Counted from the stretch's first letter, positions 42,490 to 51,850 are shown. The stretch: 64,000 bases of DNA from Fibrobacter sp. (GCA_017475045.1 JAFVGH010000128.1:22779-86778); one strand, 5' to 3'. The notes: a model not told the origin generated them from the sequence alone. Numbers and translations: made by a program.

Positions 42490-42894
42490 TTATTTTTTGC
42501 GAATCCAGTATTCCGTTGCGCCCAATAGTCCCCAACGGTCTAGGGAACCTCGCAGTTCGAGTCGGCCCTTCTTGTCAATTGAAATCTTGCCGTGGTAGGT
42601 CTTGTTCTCTTCGGGGTCGTAAATCGTTCCGCCGGTAAGCTTGTCGCCATCGGCTTTCATGTCCTTGATGAACACTGTGCCGATGAGTTTTTGGTCGGCC
42701 GGGTCGTTTGAATCCAAAATTTCGGTTATTTTGCCGTAGTACTTGCCGTTGTCGCCTTTGTATATGTACACGGTGGCGTATGGTTTATCGGTGTCGGGAT
42801 CGATAGCGGTCCAGAATCCCAGGATTTTATCCACTTGTGCATAGACAGTCGTTGCTGCAATGCTCAGAAAAAGCATGAAAACGAATTTTTTCAT
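42490..42894 (-). CDS. DUF2147 family secreted protein
   Basis: ILGFWTAID, YYGKI, GGTIYDPEENKTY, LELRG, TEYWIR. Confidence 0.85.
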   Translation of the reverse strand: MKKFVFMLFLSIAATTVYAQVDKILGFWTAIDPDTDKPYATVYIYKGDNGKYYGKITEILDSNDPADQKLIGTVFIKDMKADGDKLTGGTIYDPEENKTYHGKISIDKKGRLELRGSLDRWGLLGATEYWIRKK

Positions 42895-43015
42895 GAGGAT
42901 TCTCCTGTTAGAAAATGTTTTACGTTGTTTAATATATGTTAATTTTTTTTGCGGATGATTTTTTTTTCTCCCTTTTTGTTCCGACTTGGAATATTATTTT
43001 TCTAAGTTTAATGCC

Positions 43016-43879
43016 ATGAAAGAATACGCTCCTGCCAAGATTAATTTGTTTTTGGATGTCATCCGTAAACGTGAAGATGGCTACCACGATTTGGGCACGC
43101 TGTTCCAGACTATCGACGCCGGCGACACCGTAAGTGCCGAAATCCGCGAAGATGGACGCATTACGCTTTGCTACAATGAACCGCAGGACTACCCGCTGGA
43201 ATCAGACCTTGTATTCAAGGCCGCGAAACTTTTGCAGGCCGAATCGGGAACGGTCATGGGCGCCGATATTTTCCTTGAGAAGGTGATGCCCTTGGGGGCG
43301 GGTCTCGGTGGCGGTTCTGCCGATGCCGCAGCAACGCTCCGCTTGCTTAGCCGGTTGTGGAACCTCCCGTTCCCGGCAGAAAAGCTGGAAGAACTGGGGG
43401 CCCGTCTTGGCGCCGATGTGCCGTTCCTGGTGCGCGGCGGTACGGCCTTTGCAGAGGGAATCGGCGAAAAGCTTTCCTTTCTCGAACCGTTGCAGTTGCC
43501 GGGGGAGGCCTGCCTTCTGGTTGCCACACCGCTGGATTCGGTTCCCACCCGCGATGCCTATGCCGGGGTTCCCAAATCGGGCCCCGACCGCTGGGAGTCG
43601 TTCAAGGCGAATTTCACCAAGTCCGGCCGTTCCGTCTTCGATTTCGTTTTTGAAAACGGCTTTAACGCCTTCGAGGAATCGGTTTTCCCCAAGCACCCCC
43701 TTGTAGACGAAATGAAGCTCAAGATGGTGCAGCTGGGAGCCAAATTCACCCTGATGTCCGGGTCCGGCGCTTCGGTTTTCGGTGTTTTTGAAACTCCCGA
43801 ACGGGCAAAGCAGGCTGCCGACGAGCTGAAACCGCTCTCCAGGTACCAGGTCGTAACCCGTTTTTTCCGGGGTTTTTAG
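43016..43879 (+). CDS. ispE: 4-diphosphocytidyl-2-C-methyl-D-erythritol kinase
   Basis: APAKINLFL, DGYHDL, PLGAGLGGGSADAA, LGADVPF, LMSGSGASVF. Confidence 0.95.
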   Translation: MKEYAPAKINLFLDVIRKREDGYHDLGTLFQTIDAGDTVSAEIREDGRITLCYNEPQDYPLESDLVFKAAKLLQAESGTVMGADIFLEKVMPLGAGLGGGSADAAATLRLLSRLWNLPFPAEKLEELGARLGADVPFLVRGGTAFAEGIGEKLSFLEPLQLPGEACLLVATPLDSVPTRDAYAGVPKSGPDRWESFKANFTKSGRSVFDFVFENGFNAFEESVFPKHPLVDEMKLKMVQLGAKFTLMSGSGASVFGVFETPERAKQAADELKPLSRYQVVTRFFRGF

Positions 43880-43940
43880 CACCGTCTCTTTAGTGAAGAC
43901 CTTTGAATTTGGTGCAAAATTTCTATATTTGCGCCACCAT

Positions 43941-44012
43941 TGGGGTATCGTCAAGTGGTAAGACAACGGATTTTGATTCCGTTATTCGTTGGTTCGAATC
44001 CAGCTACCCCAA
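43941..44012 (+). tRNA. tRNA-Gln (anticodon TTG)
   Basis: Acceptor TGGGGTA/TACCCCA, D arm GTC-AAGTGGTAA-GAC, anticodon arm ACGGA-TTTTGAT-TCCGT, T loop GGTTCGAATCC; CCA not encoded. Confidence 0.95.
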
Positions 44013-44045
44013 TGAAATTTTAACCATCCAAATTGGAGAAAAACA

Positions 44046-44693
44046 ATGGAACTCACAACGCTCAAGGCTACCTCGAGAGTGCTAGGTGCAAACCGCGAAA
44101 ACAAGCGTTTGCGTAAGGCCGGTCAGATTCCGGCTGTCTATTATGGTAAGGGTACAGAGACTGTGAATATCAGCGTCAGCGAAATTGATATTCGTAAGGT
44201 TCTCGCACCCGGTAAGCGTTACACCCTTCTGGACCTGGAAATCGATGGCAAGGCCGGTAATCCCGCCGTCATCTACAACTACCAGAAAGACGCCATCTCC
44301 CAGAAATTCGTCCACATCGACTTCCTCAAGATCGACGAAGCCACTCCGGTGAAGGTTCGCGTTCCTGTTAAGCTCTCCGGTCTTCCGGTGGGTGTCAAGA
44401 CTCAGGGCGGTGTCATGGCTCAGGAAACTCATTACCTGATGCTCTCTGCCAAGCCGGCTTCCATTCCGACCGTTCTGGAACTGGATATCTCCGACTTCGA
44501 GACCAACGTGACCTTCTACGCCAAGGACTTCAAGCTCCCCGAAGGCGTTACCCTGGCTTCCGTTCCTCGTACGGTGATCTTCTCCATCTCTTCTAAGTCC
44601 AAGAAGAAGGATGCTGCCGACGCTGCCGCACCTGCCGCTGAAGCTGCTGCTCCCGCAGCCGCTGCCGCCGCTCCTGCTGCCGAAGCTAAGTAG
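44046..44693 (+). CDS. rplY: 50S ribosomal protein L25 (long CTC/TL5 type)
   Basis: RLRKAGQIPAVYYG, YQKDAISQKFVHIDF, VGVKTQGG; Ala/Pro tail. Confidence 0.95.
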   Translation: MELTTLKATSRVLGANRENKRLRKAGQIPAVYYGKGTETVNISVSEIDIRKVLAPGKRYTLLDLEIDGKAGNPAVIYNYQKDAISQKFVHIDFLKIDEATPVKVRVPVKLSGLPVGVKTQGGVMAQETHYLMLSAKPASIPTVLELDISDFETNVTFYAKDFKLPEGVTLASVPRTVIFSISSKSKKKDAADAAAPAAEAAAPAAAAAAPAAEAK

Positions 44694-44716
44694 TAGCCAA
44701 GGAAAATTTCCTTATA

Positions 44717-44745
44717 GCGCCTCCCGTTCTGCGGGAGGTGTTTTT
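44717..44745 (+). terminator. Intrinsic terminator after rplY
   Basis: CGCCTCCCG-TTCTG-CGGGAGGTG followed by TTTTT. Confidence 0.8.
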
Positions 44746-45028
44746 GTTACAAATCTTTCCCTCGATGTGTACATTCCCTCGCTCGCAGATTCACTTTGTT
44801 CGACTGCTCTCTCGGGAAGCACACATCTCGGTCAAATAATAGGCGACGGCTATGGTTTTACAAGTATAGCTGATGGTAAGACCTGTTTATGTCGGTCTGA
44901 AATTTTACCGCAGGTGGAAACTCTTGTGACTGTTAGTCCCCGCGAGTTTCCTTCGAGATATTATATAGTCCTAGCATTTGTATTCCTGAAGGATTTTTTA
45001 TAAATTGAAAACCTAATAAGAGGTAAAT

Positions 45029-46093
45029 ATGCGAAAACTGAGTCTTGAACTTTCTTTGGTTATTATGGCGGTGTTTGTCGCCTGCGATAGTTCAGGAACA
45101 AATGCCAACATGGATCTTCTGGGTGGTACCTCAGATTCTTCCTCAGAATTAGATGATGAATACGATGGTGAGGCTGGGGATGATGACCGGGATTCTTTAA
45201 ATCCCTCTAAGGAGGTTGCATCATCCAGCAGTTCCGAAGTAGATGGTTCTGGCATTTCCGAAGGTTCCTTGTCCGGCGATTCTGAGGCAACGGATACTAG
45301 TGTTTTCGAAGGTTCCTCGTCCAGCCATTTTGAGGCTATGGATTCTAGCGTTTCCGAAGGTCCCTCGTCCAGCGATTCTGAAACAACTGGTTCTAACGTT
45401 TCCGAGGGATCCTCGTCTAGCTATTTTAATGCCAAATCTTCTAGCTCGAAAGTCTACTCGAGTAGTGACGCCAGCATCTATGATGCGGCCGCCAACACTC
45501 TTACGGATTTGCGCGACGGCCAGGTTTACAGGACTACCACTATTGACATCCCGGCAAAGAACTATTCTGAAGTGTGGATGGCCGAGAATCTGAACTATGC
45601 AGCAGGGTCTTATAGCTACTGCTATGGTAGCGAACCATCTAACTGCACCAAATATGGTCATTTGTACTCTTGGCCGGCGGCAATTGGAAAACCATATGAA
45701 TGCTCTGATGTCGTTGAATGTGGCTTGGGTGATGGGAATATTCGCGGTGTTTGCCCCAAGGGGTGGCACTTGCCGAGTTATGATGAATGGGGTGACCTGC
45801 TTGCGGCCCTGGGCGGTTCTGGTGTTGCAGGAAAAGTGCTGAAATCTAAGACTGGATGGGAATCGTGTCCGGAAATTGAGAATACCGATGCGTTCGGGTT
45901 CTCGGCGCTCCCAGCGGGCAGTGGAAATGATGGAAATTTTGGTATTGTAGGCAGCTCTGCATATTTCTGGAGCTCTTCGGAGAATCCTCGCAAATTCGCA
46001 TATCGCGTGGCCATGGGGTGTTATGATGATGGTGCTTATCTGGTTTATGACAATAAGTACTTCGGGTTCTCCGTCCGTTGCCTTAAAGATTAG
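45029..46093 (+). CDS. Fibrobacter succinogenes major paralogous domain (Fib_succ_major/FISUMP) lipoprotein
   Basis: Lipobox FVAC, Ser-rich linker, LTDLRDGQVYRT, WMAENLNY, YGHLYSW, GVCPKGWHLPS, FGFSALPAG, FWSS, GFSVRCLKD. Confidence 0.92.
   Translation: MRKLSLELSLVIMAVFVACDSSGTNANMDLLGGTSDSSSELDDEYDGEAGDDDRDSLNPSKEVASSSSSEVDGSGISEGSLSGDSEATDTSVFEGSSSSHFEAMDSSVSEGPSSSDSETTGSNVSEGSSSSYFNAKSSSSKVYSSSDASIYDAAANTLTDLRDGQVYRTTTIDIPAKNYSEVWMAENLNYAAGSYSYCYGSEPSNCTKYGHLYSWPAAIGKPYECSDVVECGLGDGNIRGVCPKGWHLPSYDEWGDLLAALGGSGVAGKVLKSKTGWESCPEIENTDAFGFSALPAGSGNDGNFGIVGSSAYFWSSSENPRKFAYRVAMGCYDDGAYLVYDNKYFGFSVRCLKD
45257..45448 (+). repeat. Four imperfect 48-bp (16-aa) tandem repeats in the FISUMP linker
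   Basis: SEGSLSGDSEATDTSV / FEGSSSSHFEAMDSSV / SEGPSSSDSETTGSNV / SEGSSSSYFNAKSSSS. Confidence 0.8.
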
Positions 46094-46111
46094 TTTTCTA
46101 CATTTCGCCTC

Positions 46112-47281
46112 ATGATTAGCATTACCAAGCTGTTGATGGATGTGCCGAATTTCGGCGACACGCTCCGCTATACGCCTCACGCCCACAAGTCCCAGAACGG
46201 CGTGAGCGAGGGCCGTGGCCCGGTGGTGGTCTGGAACTGCACCAAGACCTGCAACCTGAACTGCGTCCACTGTTACGCCCGTTCCGAGGCCATCAAGTAT
46301 CAGAACGAACTGACTCACGAAGAAGGCCTAGCCCTCATTGACCAGCTTGCCGACTTTAATGTCCCTGTCATCTTGTTCAGCGGCGGCGAACCTCTGTTGC
46401 GTCCGGATTTTTTTGAACTGGCAAACTATGCCGCTAGCAAGGGCATCCGCCCCACCATCAGCACCAACGGCACCCGCATCGACGAAGACATTGCAAAACG
46501 CCTCAAGGAGATGGGCGTAGGCTACGTGGGAATCAGCCTAGATGGTTGCGAAGCCACCCACGACAAGTTCCGCGGCAAGCTGGGGGCATTCCAGATGGCG
46601 CTCCGGGGTATCCGCAACTGCGTGGCCACAGGGCAAAAGGTAGGGCTCCGCTTTACCATCACCCGCGACAACGTCCAGGATCTGAATTCCATCTTCGACT
46701 TGCTGGAACGTGAAAACATCGATCGTGTCTGCTTCTATCACCTGGTCTACAGCGGTCGCGGTTCCGCCATGGTGGAGCGTGACCTGAACCACGAAGAAAG
46801 CCGTCGCGCCATGGACCTGATTATCGAACGCACTCTGGACTTTAAGGCCCGCGGCATTAACAAGGAAATCCTTACGGTAGATAACCACGCCGACGCCGTC
46901 TACCTGTACCTCAAGATGAAGGAGCGTGACCCTGTCCTCGGGGAACGCATCTTGAAGCTCATCCAGAGTAACGGCGGAAACCGTAGCGGCATGGCCTTCG
47001 GTAATATCGACAGCGTAGGGAACGTGCACCCAGACCAGTTCACCCAGTACATCACCCTGGGCAATGTGCGTGAAAGGCCTTTCGGTGAAATCTGGACCGA
47101 TGTGAGCAACCCAATCATGGCAGGCCTCAAGGACCGCAAGCCCATTTTGAAGGGCCGCTGCCCCAAGTGCGCCTACCTGAACCTTTGCAACGGGAACTTC
47201 CGTACCCGCGCAGAAGCTGTGACCGGCGACTTCTGGGAGCAGGACCCGGCTTGCTACCTGACAGACGAAGAAATCGGTTAA
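46112..47281 (+). CDS. ahbC: Radical SAM Fe-coproporphyrin synthase of the alternative heme pathway (AhbC / NirJ1-type)
   Basis: MISITKLL...LRY, PVVVWNCTKTCNLNCVHCY, CFYHLVYSGRG, LTVDNHAD, VHPDQF, CNGNFRTRAEA...DPACYL. Confidence 0.85.
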   Translation: MISITKLLMDVPNFGDTLRYTPHAHKSQNGVSEGRGPVVVWNCTKTCNLNCVHCYARSEAIKYQNELTHEEGLALIDQLADFNVPVILFSGGEPLLRPDFFELANYAASKGIRPTISTNGTRIDEDIAKRLKEMGVGYVGISLDGCEATHDKFRGKLGAFQMALRGIRNCVATGQKVGLRFTITRDNVQDLNSIFDLLERENIDRVCFYHLVYSGRGSAMVERDLNHEESRRAMDLIIERTLDFKARGINKEILTVDNHADAVYLYLKMKERDPVLGERILKLIQSNGGNRSGMAFGNIDSVGNVHPDQFTQYITLGNVRERPFGEIWTDVSNPIMAGLKDRKPILKGRCPKCAYLNLCNGNFRTRAEAVTGDFWEQDPACYLTDEEIG

Positions 47282-47341
47282 ATTGCCGTTTTTTCTCGAA
47301 TTTTTTGGCTTTTTTCCCTGCGATAAAGTATATTCTATGCC

Positions 47342-48358
47342 ATGAATGGCGAAGAATTGAAAATTTCTGAAAAAATTAAGGCTTATCTTAGCTCTCATGG
47401 CTATGCTGATGATTTTACGGTAGACCCAATCGCAGGTGCGGGTTCGGGCCGCCGTTATTACCGGCTTTCTTCAGGGGACCGTTCCTCTGTATTGCAGGTG
47501 TCTGCCGAAGTCAATGACGATTTCAAGAAGTTTGTAGAATACTCTCAGGTGTTCAAGAGTAACAACCTGCCGGTACCCAAGCTCTTTTGTGTGGACGAAG
47601 ATTTTGCCCAGATTCTGCAAGAGGATTTGGGAACGCAGCGTCTTTTGGACGATGTCTCTCCGGATAAACCCCAGTCCGGCAGTGTCCGTATCCTCTACCC
47701 GGAAGTCATCGAGGCTTTGATTCGTTGGCAAAACGAATCGCAGTCCCTGTTTAGCTCGCATACGGAATTGTGGCTTCGCCGTTTTGATTTCTCGGCTCTT
47801 AAGTGGGAGACTGACTACTTTACGGAAAACTACCTGAAGGGGCATCAGGGAATTACGGAAATTCCCGAGTGTGTCAAGAATTTCTATTCCCTCTTGGCGG
47901 TGTCCGTAGATGCCCAGACCAAGGTTCTGATGCATCGCGACTTCCAGAGCCAGAACATCATGATTCGTCCCAATTCCGAGATTGTCTTCGTAGATTACCA
48001 GGGCGCCCGTCGTGGTTCCATGTTCTACGATATCGCCTCCCTCCTTTGGGACCCGTACGTTTGCCTGCCTCTGGACATGGTGAAAGACTTTTTTGAGTAT
48101 TGGCGGTTCCAGTACAAGGGTGCAAAGATTTACACCAAGGAAGATGCCTGGGAAAGCTTTGTCCATGCAAGCCTCCAGCGCGTGATGCAGGCCTTGGGCG
48201 CCTACTGCTTCCTTTCCAAGACCAAGGGCATTCAAAAGTTCGAACAGTATATCGAACCGGGCAAGAAGCAGTTGCGTGTATTGTTCTCTGAATTCCGCCA
48301 GATTGCCAAGGCTACGGATCCGCAGGTGTTCTCCTTTATGGAGCAGGCTCTCCTTTGA
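47342..48358 (+). CDS. Aminoglycoside-phosphotransferase-fold kinase, AmgK-like (MurNAc/GlcNAc 1-kinase)
   Basis: AGSGRRYYRL, LQEDLG, MHRDFQSQNIM, VDYQGARRG, YDIASLL, QRVMQALGAY. Confidence 0.75.
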   Translation: MNGEELKISEKIKAYLSSHGYADDFTVDPIAGAGSGRRYYRLSSGDRSSVLQVSAEVNDDFKKFVEYSQVFKSNNLPVPKLFCVDEDFAQILQEDLGTQRLLDDVSPDKPQSGSVRILYPEVIEALIRWQNESQSLFSSHTELWLRRFDFSALKWETDYFTENYLKGHQGITEIPECVKNFYSLLAVSVDAQTKVLMHRDFQSQNIMIRPNSEIVFVDYQGARRGSMFYDIASLLWDPYVCLPLDMVKDFFEYWRFQYKGAKIYTKEDAWESFVHASLQRVMQALGAYCFLSKTKGIQKFEQYIEPGKKQLRVLFSEFRQIAKATDPQVFSFMEQALL

Positions 48359-48783
48359 GTTCCCTGATTCCAGTCTATACGCAAGTTTATAAGGAACCGG
48401 TTGCTTTTCAGAAAGCGCTGGGTTATGCCTTTGAAGGCCTTGTCAATGCGGGCGTTTCTTTTGATGCCTTGCCGGTTTGGAAGGCTATAGAAAAGCGTGT
48501 TGGCGAAGGAATTTACATGGGTTCGGGGCTGTTGTTGCCCCATACCAGAATCCAGGGGCTGAAATCCCCCCTGATGGCCTTTGCCGTTGCTCCCGAAATT
48601 CAGGGAGTATCGGTTCCCCAGAATGAAACGGCCCAGTTCCTGTGCCTGCTCCTGTCTCCGCAGGAGTCTGCAACGGCTCATACGGTGGCCATTGCGGGTG
48701 TGGCGAAGCTGCTGCTTGACCCGGAATGGAAATCAAAAGCTCTTGCTTGTGTCGATGCTGTTTCGCTGCGCGCGCTTTTTTAG
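48355..48783 (+). CDS. PTS EIIA-type (Ntr/Fru-like) domain protein
   Basis: IYMGSGLLLPHTR (phospho-His motif), LLLSP...AH. Confidence 0.75.
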   Translation: MSSLIPVYTQVYKEPVAFQKALGYAFEGLVNAGVSFDALPVWKAIEKRVGEGIYMGSGLLLPHTRIQGLKSPLMAFAVAPEIQGVSVPQNETAQFLCLLLSPQESATAHTVAIAGVAKLLLDPEWKSKALACVDAVSLRALF

Positions 48784-48819
48784 AACATCTTTTTGTCAAG
48801 ACATCATTGAAAAAAAATA

Positions 48820-49055
48820 TGTTGATAACTTGTGAAAACCATAGGGACGTGGTTTTGATTATCAAGGGTGTAAAAAGGGTGTTTTCCGGAGAGAAACGGA
48901 CATAAACGGGGAATAACCCAAAACTGCCTTTTTTTTATAAAAAACAAGGGTTTTCTAAAAAATTTCAGCGAAAAATCTCTTTTTCGTATGTTTTATTTAA
49001 TTTTGGTGGACGATTTTGTTTGACCCTTTCTTTGTGTTTGGAAAACTGTGGATAA
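48820..49055. promoter_or_regulatory. AT-rich region with DnaA boxes upstream of, and overlapping, the dnaA-like start
   Basis: Perfect TGTGGATAA (= TTATCCACA reverse complement) at 49047-49055 spanning the GTG start; one-mismatch boxes TGTTGATAA (48820-48828) and TGTGAAAAC (48831-48839). Confidence 0.55.
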
Positions 49056-50535
49056 CATTGCTTATTTATTAGATGAAAAAGCTTCTCCCTGGGCTCGGGC
49101 CTTGGCTCTTGTTCGCGAAGAATGCTCTGAATTCGGTGCTGCTTTTTTTGATGCCGTTGGATTTGAAGGCTTTTTTGAAGGATGCGTTTGCCTGACTGTT
49201 CCGGATAGTTTTAGGGCAACCTGGTTAAATAGCCATTATGGGGCACTTCTGCGCAAGACTTTTACTGCTGTCTATGGAAGTGACTTTGTAGACTACAAGG
49301 TCCGCGTTCTAGATGAAAAAGCGGCTCAGCCCGCTTTGCAGAAAGTTTCCCAGGTGTCCAAAGAGGTGGAACGCCGTATTCTCTCTACCATTGCCCAGGC
49401 CTCTGTTGCTCAGGCTGACAGGAATGCTGAGGAAAAACTTAATTTATACGAAAAGTATACCTTTGATAATTTTGTTGAGGGTGAATGTAATTTTACAGCC
49501 CTCAAGGCTTGCCAAACGATTGTGGAACACCCTGGTGATTCTGCCATGAATCTCCTGCTGGTCTATGGTGCACCTGGTCTTGGCAAAACGCATTTGTTGC
49601 AGTCCATCGCTGCAAGCCTCCAGCAGAGTCGCCCAAGCCTTCGGATTGTTTACCGTCAGGCCTATGATTTCTTGCGTGATTTTGTCGCCATAGGAGATGC
49701 CGCCAAGGTGAAGGATTGGGGCAAGGTGAATAGCCTCAAGCAGAAATTTGCCGATTGCTATGAACATTGCGATGTGCTGTTGATGGATGATATCCAGCTT
49801 TTGAAAAATGGTCTCAAGAGCCAGGAACGCCTGTCCATGCTCATCAAGTATATGTGTCGCATGGGACGGCAGGTGGTTCTCAGCTGTGATTGCCATCCGT
49901 CCAAGTTCAAAAAACTTTCGCAAGGGGAGAGACCAGAAAAGAATTCCCTGTCCCATGAGCTTACGGCGGATTTGCTGAATCCCCTGGAAAATTGTGTGGC
50001 CGTGGGGCTTGCGGAACCCGATTTTAACACCCGTATGGCTCTTATTCGTAAGATGTCTGAGGGGATTCCCTTTGTGGAATCTGATCGTGAAGAGATCTGC
50101 CGCTATTTGGCTATTCAGCCTCGTGCCAATGTCCGGATTATCGAGGGGCTTATGAATTGGCTCCGGGCGATGCATGTCCTTAATAACGTAGAGCTGAACC
50201 TTGCCAATGTTAAGCGGATGCACGCTTCTTCTAAGTCCGGGGTGTCCTCTATCCTCACGGTGGAAAACGTGATGGAATCGGTGGCGGCCGAGTTCTCGAT
50301 AGAACCCCGGGTGCTTTGTTCCAAGCGTCAAGATGCCGGAGTTTCCGTTCCGCGCAAGGTGGCCATGTATTTGTGCCGCGAACTTACGACGGAATCTCTC
50401 AAAAACATTGGCGAAGCCTTTCATAGGGATTATTCCACGGTGATATCCTCCATTAACTCTTTAGTGGAGCAGATTTCTAAGGATGAATCCCTCAGGCGGC
50501 GTGTGGAAGACATCCGCTATATGCTGGAAAGCTAA
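49048..50535 (+). CDS. dnaA: DnaA-family replication initiator protein (divergent)
   Basis: YTFDNFVEGECN, YGAPGLGKTHLL, LLMDDIQ, NVRIIEG, PRKVAMYLCRELT...IGEAFHRDYSTV. Confidence 0.8.
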   Translation: MDNIAYLLDEKASPWARALALVREECSEFGAAFFDAVGFEGFFEGCVCLTVPDSFRATWLNSHYGALLRKTFTAVYGSDFVDYKVRVLDEKAAQPALQKVSQVSKEVERRILSTIAQASVAQADRNAEEKLNLYEKYTFDNFVEGECNFTALKACQTIVEHPGDSAMNLLLVYGAPGLGKTHLLQSIAASLQQSRPSLRIVYRQAYDFLRDFVAIGDAAKVKDWGKVNSLKQKFADCYEHCDVLLMDDIQLLKNGLKSQERLSMLIKYMCRMGRQVVLSCDCHPSKFKKLSQGERPEKNSLSHELTADLLNPLENCVAVGLAEPDFNTRMALIRKMSEGIPFVESDREEICRYLAIQPRANVRIIEGLMNWLRAMHVLNNVELNLANVKRMHASSKSGVSSILTVENVMESVAAEFSIEPRVLCSKRQDAGVSVPRKVAMYLCRELTTESLKNIGEAFHRDYSTVISSINSLVEQISKDESLRRRVEDIRYMLES

Positions 50536-50635
50536 GAATTACACCGAAAAAGGTGCTTTTTACGCCGTTTTGTGGAAGGAGGTTGCCTCCCTTCTTGGAT
50601 TAGTGTTTATTTTTACACCAAAAGTGAGGTTTTTT

Positions 50636-51850
50636 ATGAAGAAATCATTTTTGTTGGCAGGCGGTTTTGCCCTGGCTCTTTTCTTCTCTGCTTGTGGCGA
50701 TGACAGCAGTTCTACCGGGAATGTGGACCAGGAAACAGACAGTTCCTCTTCTAGTGTAGGGGATTCTACAGGTGTGTCGTCTTCTTCGTTGCCGGATGTT
50801 GATCCTAGCTGGCCGGCTGGGGCGCGTGCTGCCACTTTGGATGATTTGAACAAGCATCAGCTTGTAGTGATCGAAGGGCAGAAGTTCCTTCTGGCGACAG
50901 GAAGCAAGGCCGGGGTGTTTGGTTTGTGGACGCTCGATGCCAACGAAAGTATCGTGAACCAGAATATTTTGCTTGTTGTAAGTGACTTTAATAAGGGCGT
51001 GTTGACTATAAAGAATGGTTCTTCGTTAATGCCCTTTGATTCTCCCCTGGCAGCCGCAGAAGGCAATAAGGTCCTGAAAAACCTCAGTGATCCTAAGGGT
51101 AAGGGGGTAGACCTCTCCTTCATTATGGTTGGAGACACTCTGAAATACCGTGTGGGAACCTCGGATTTTGTCGGAGTCCAAAAGAAAACTTTGGATTTGG
51201 GCAAGGGTTACGTGATTGATGGAACGAAGCTGGATGGTAAGAGGCTTGCTTGCAACAGCTCTGCAGATACAACCCTGGTTTATTCGTTCTACAAGGGTCG
51301 CTATATTATGGAGACCGTGGCTAAGGGCGATACCGTTTCGTGGAATGCGGGGTATATGGATGTATTCCGCGATATGACGTTTATGGCAAGTAAATTCTCT
51401 AGTCCGGAAGGTGTATCTGCGGCTGATGGCTTTGGGTACCGTTACAATCATTTCATTACGGCGGACATGAGCAAGATGCTCGACCTGAACAAGACCAAGG
51501 AAATTCCTTGTAAAAGCTCTGAGTTGAAGTATTCGGGAATTGCAGAGGATAGCATTAAGGGCAGATGGAGTTCTTTCGAAGACGGAAAGGTGTATTGGAA
51601 GTTGAACCTGGAAGATACCCATAGCTACACCTTGTTGGCTGATGACGGCGCCAAGGAAAACAAGAATGGAACTTGGGCTGTTTATGGAGATCAGTTGATT
51701 TTGGATGTTGCCGGATGTGTAGGTGGAAAGTGCGCTCGCGGAATCAAGGGCCCTGTATCGAAGCTTTCTAAGACAGGCTTTACCTACAGCCATTCGGAAA
51801 AGGGCACTCCGGCTATGCCTAAGGCATGGAGTGTGCCGGAAGAACAATAA
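50636..51850 (+). CDS. Hypothetical lipoprotein with Ser-rich linker
   Basis: MKKSFLLAGGFALALFFSAC lipobox followed by GDDSSS; GAGG SD upstream. Confidence 0.75.
   Translation: MKKSFLLAGGFALALFFSACGDDSSSTGNVDQETDSSSSSVGDSTGVSSSSLPDVDPSWPAGARAATLDDLNKHQLVVIEGQKFLLATGSKAGVFGLWTLDANESIVNQNILLVVSDFNKGVLTIKNGSSLMPFDSPLAAAEGNKVLKNLSDPKGKGVDLSFIMVGDTLKYRVGTSDFVGVQKKTLDLGKGYVIDGTKLDGKRLACNSSADTTLVYSFYKGRYIMETVAKGDTVSWNAGYMDVFRDMTFMASKFSSPEGVSAADGFGYRYNHFITADMSKMLDLNKTKEIPCKSSELKYSGIAEDSIKGRWSSFEDGKVYWKLNLEDTHSYTLLADDGAKENKNGTWAVYGDQLILDVAGCVGGKCARGIKGPVSKLSKTGFTYSHSEKGTPAMPKAWSVPEEQ

Noticed and set aside
44611-45003. 130-aa ORF across the rplY end and the intergenic region
   Set aside because: Starts inside rplY, crosses a terminator, and has no SD or motifs.
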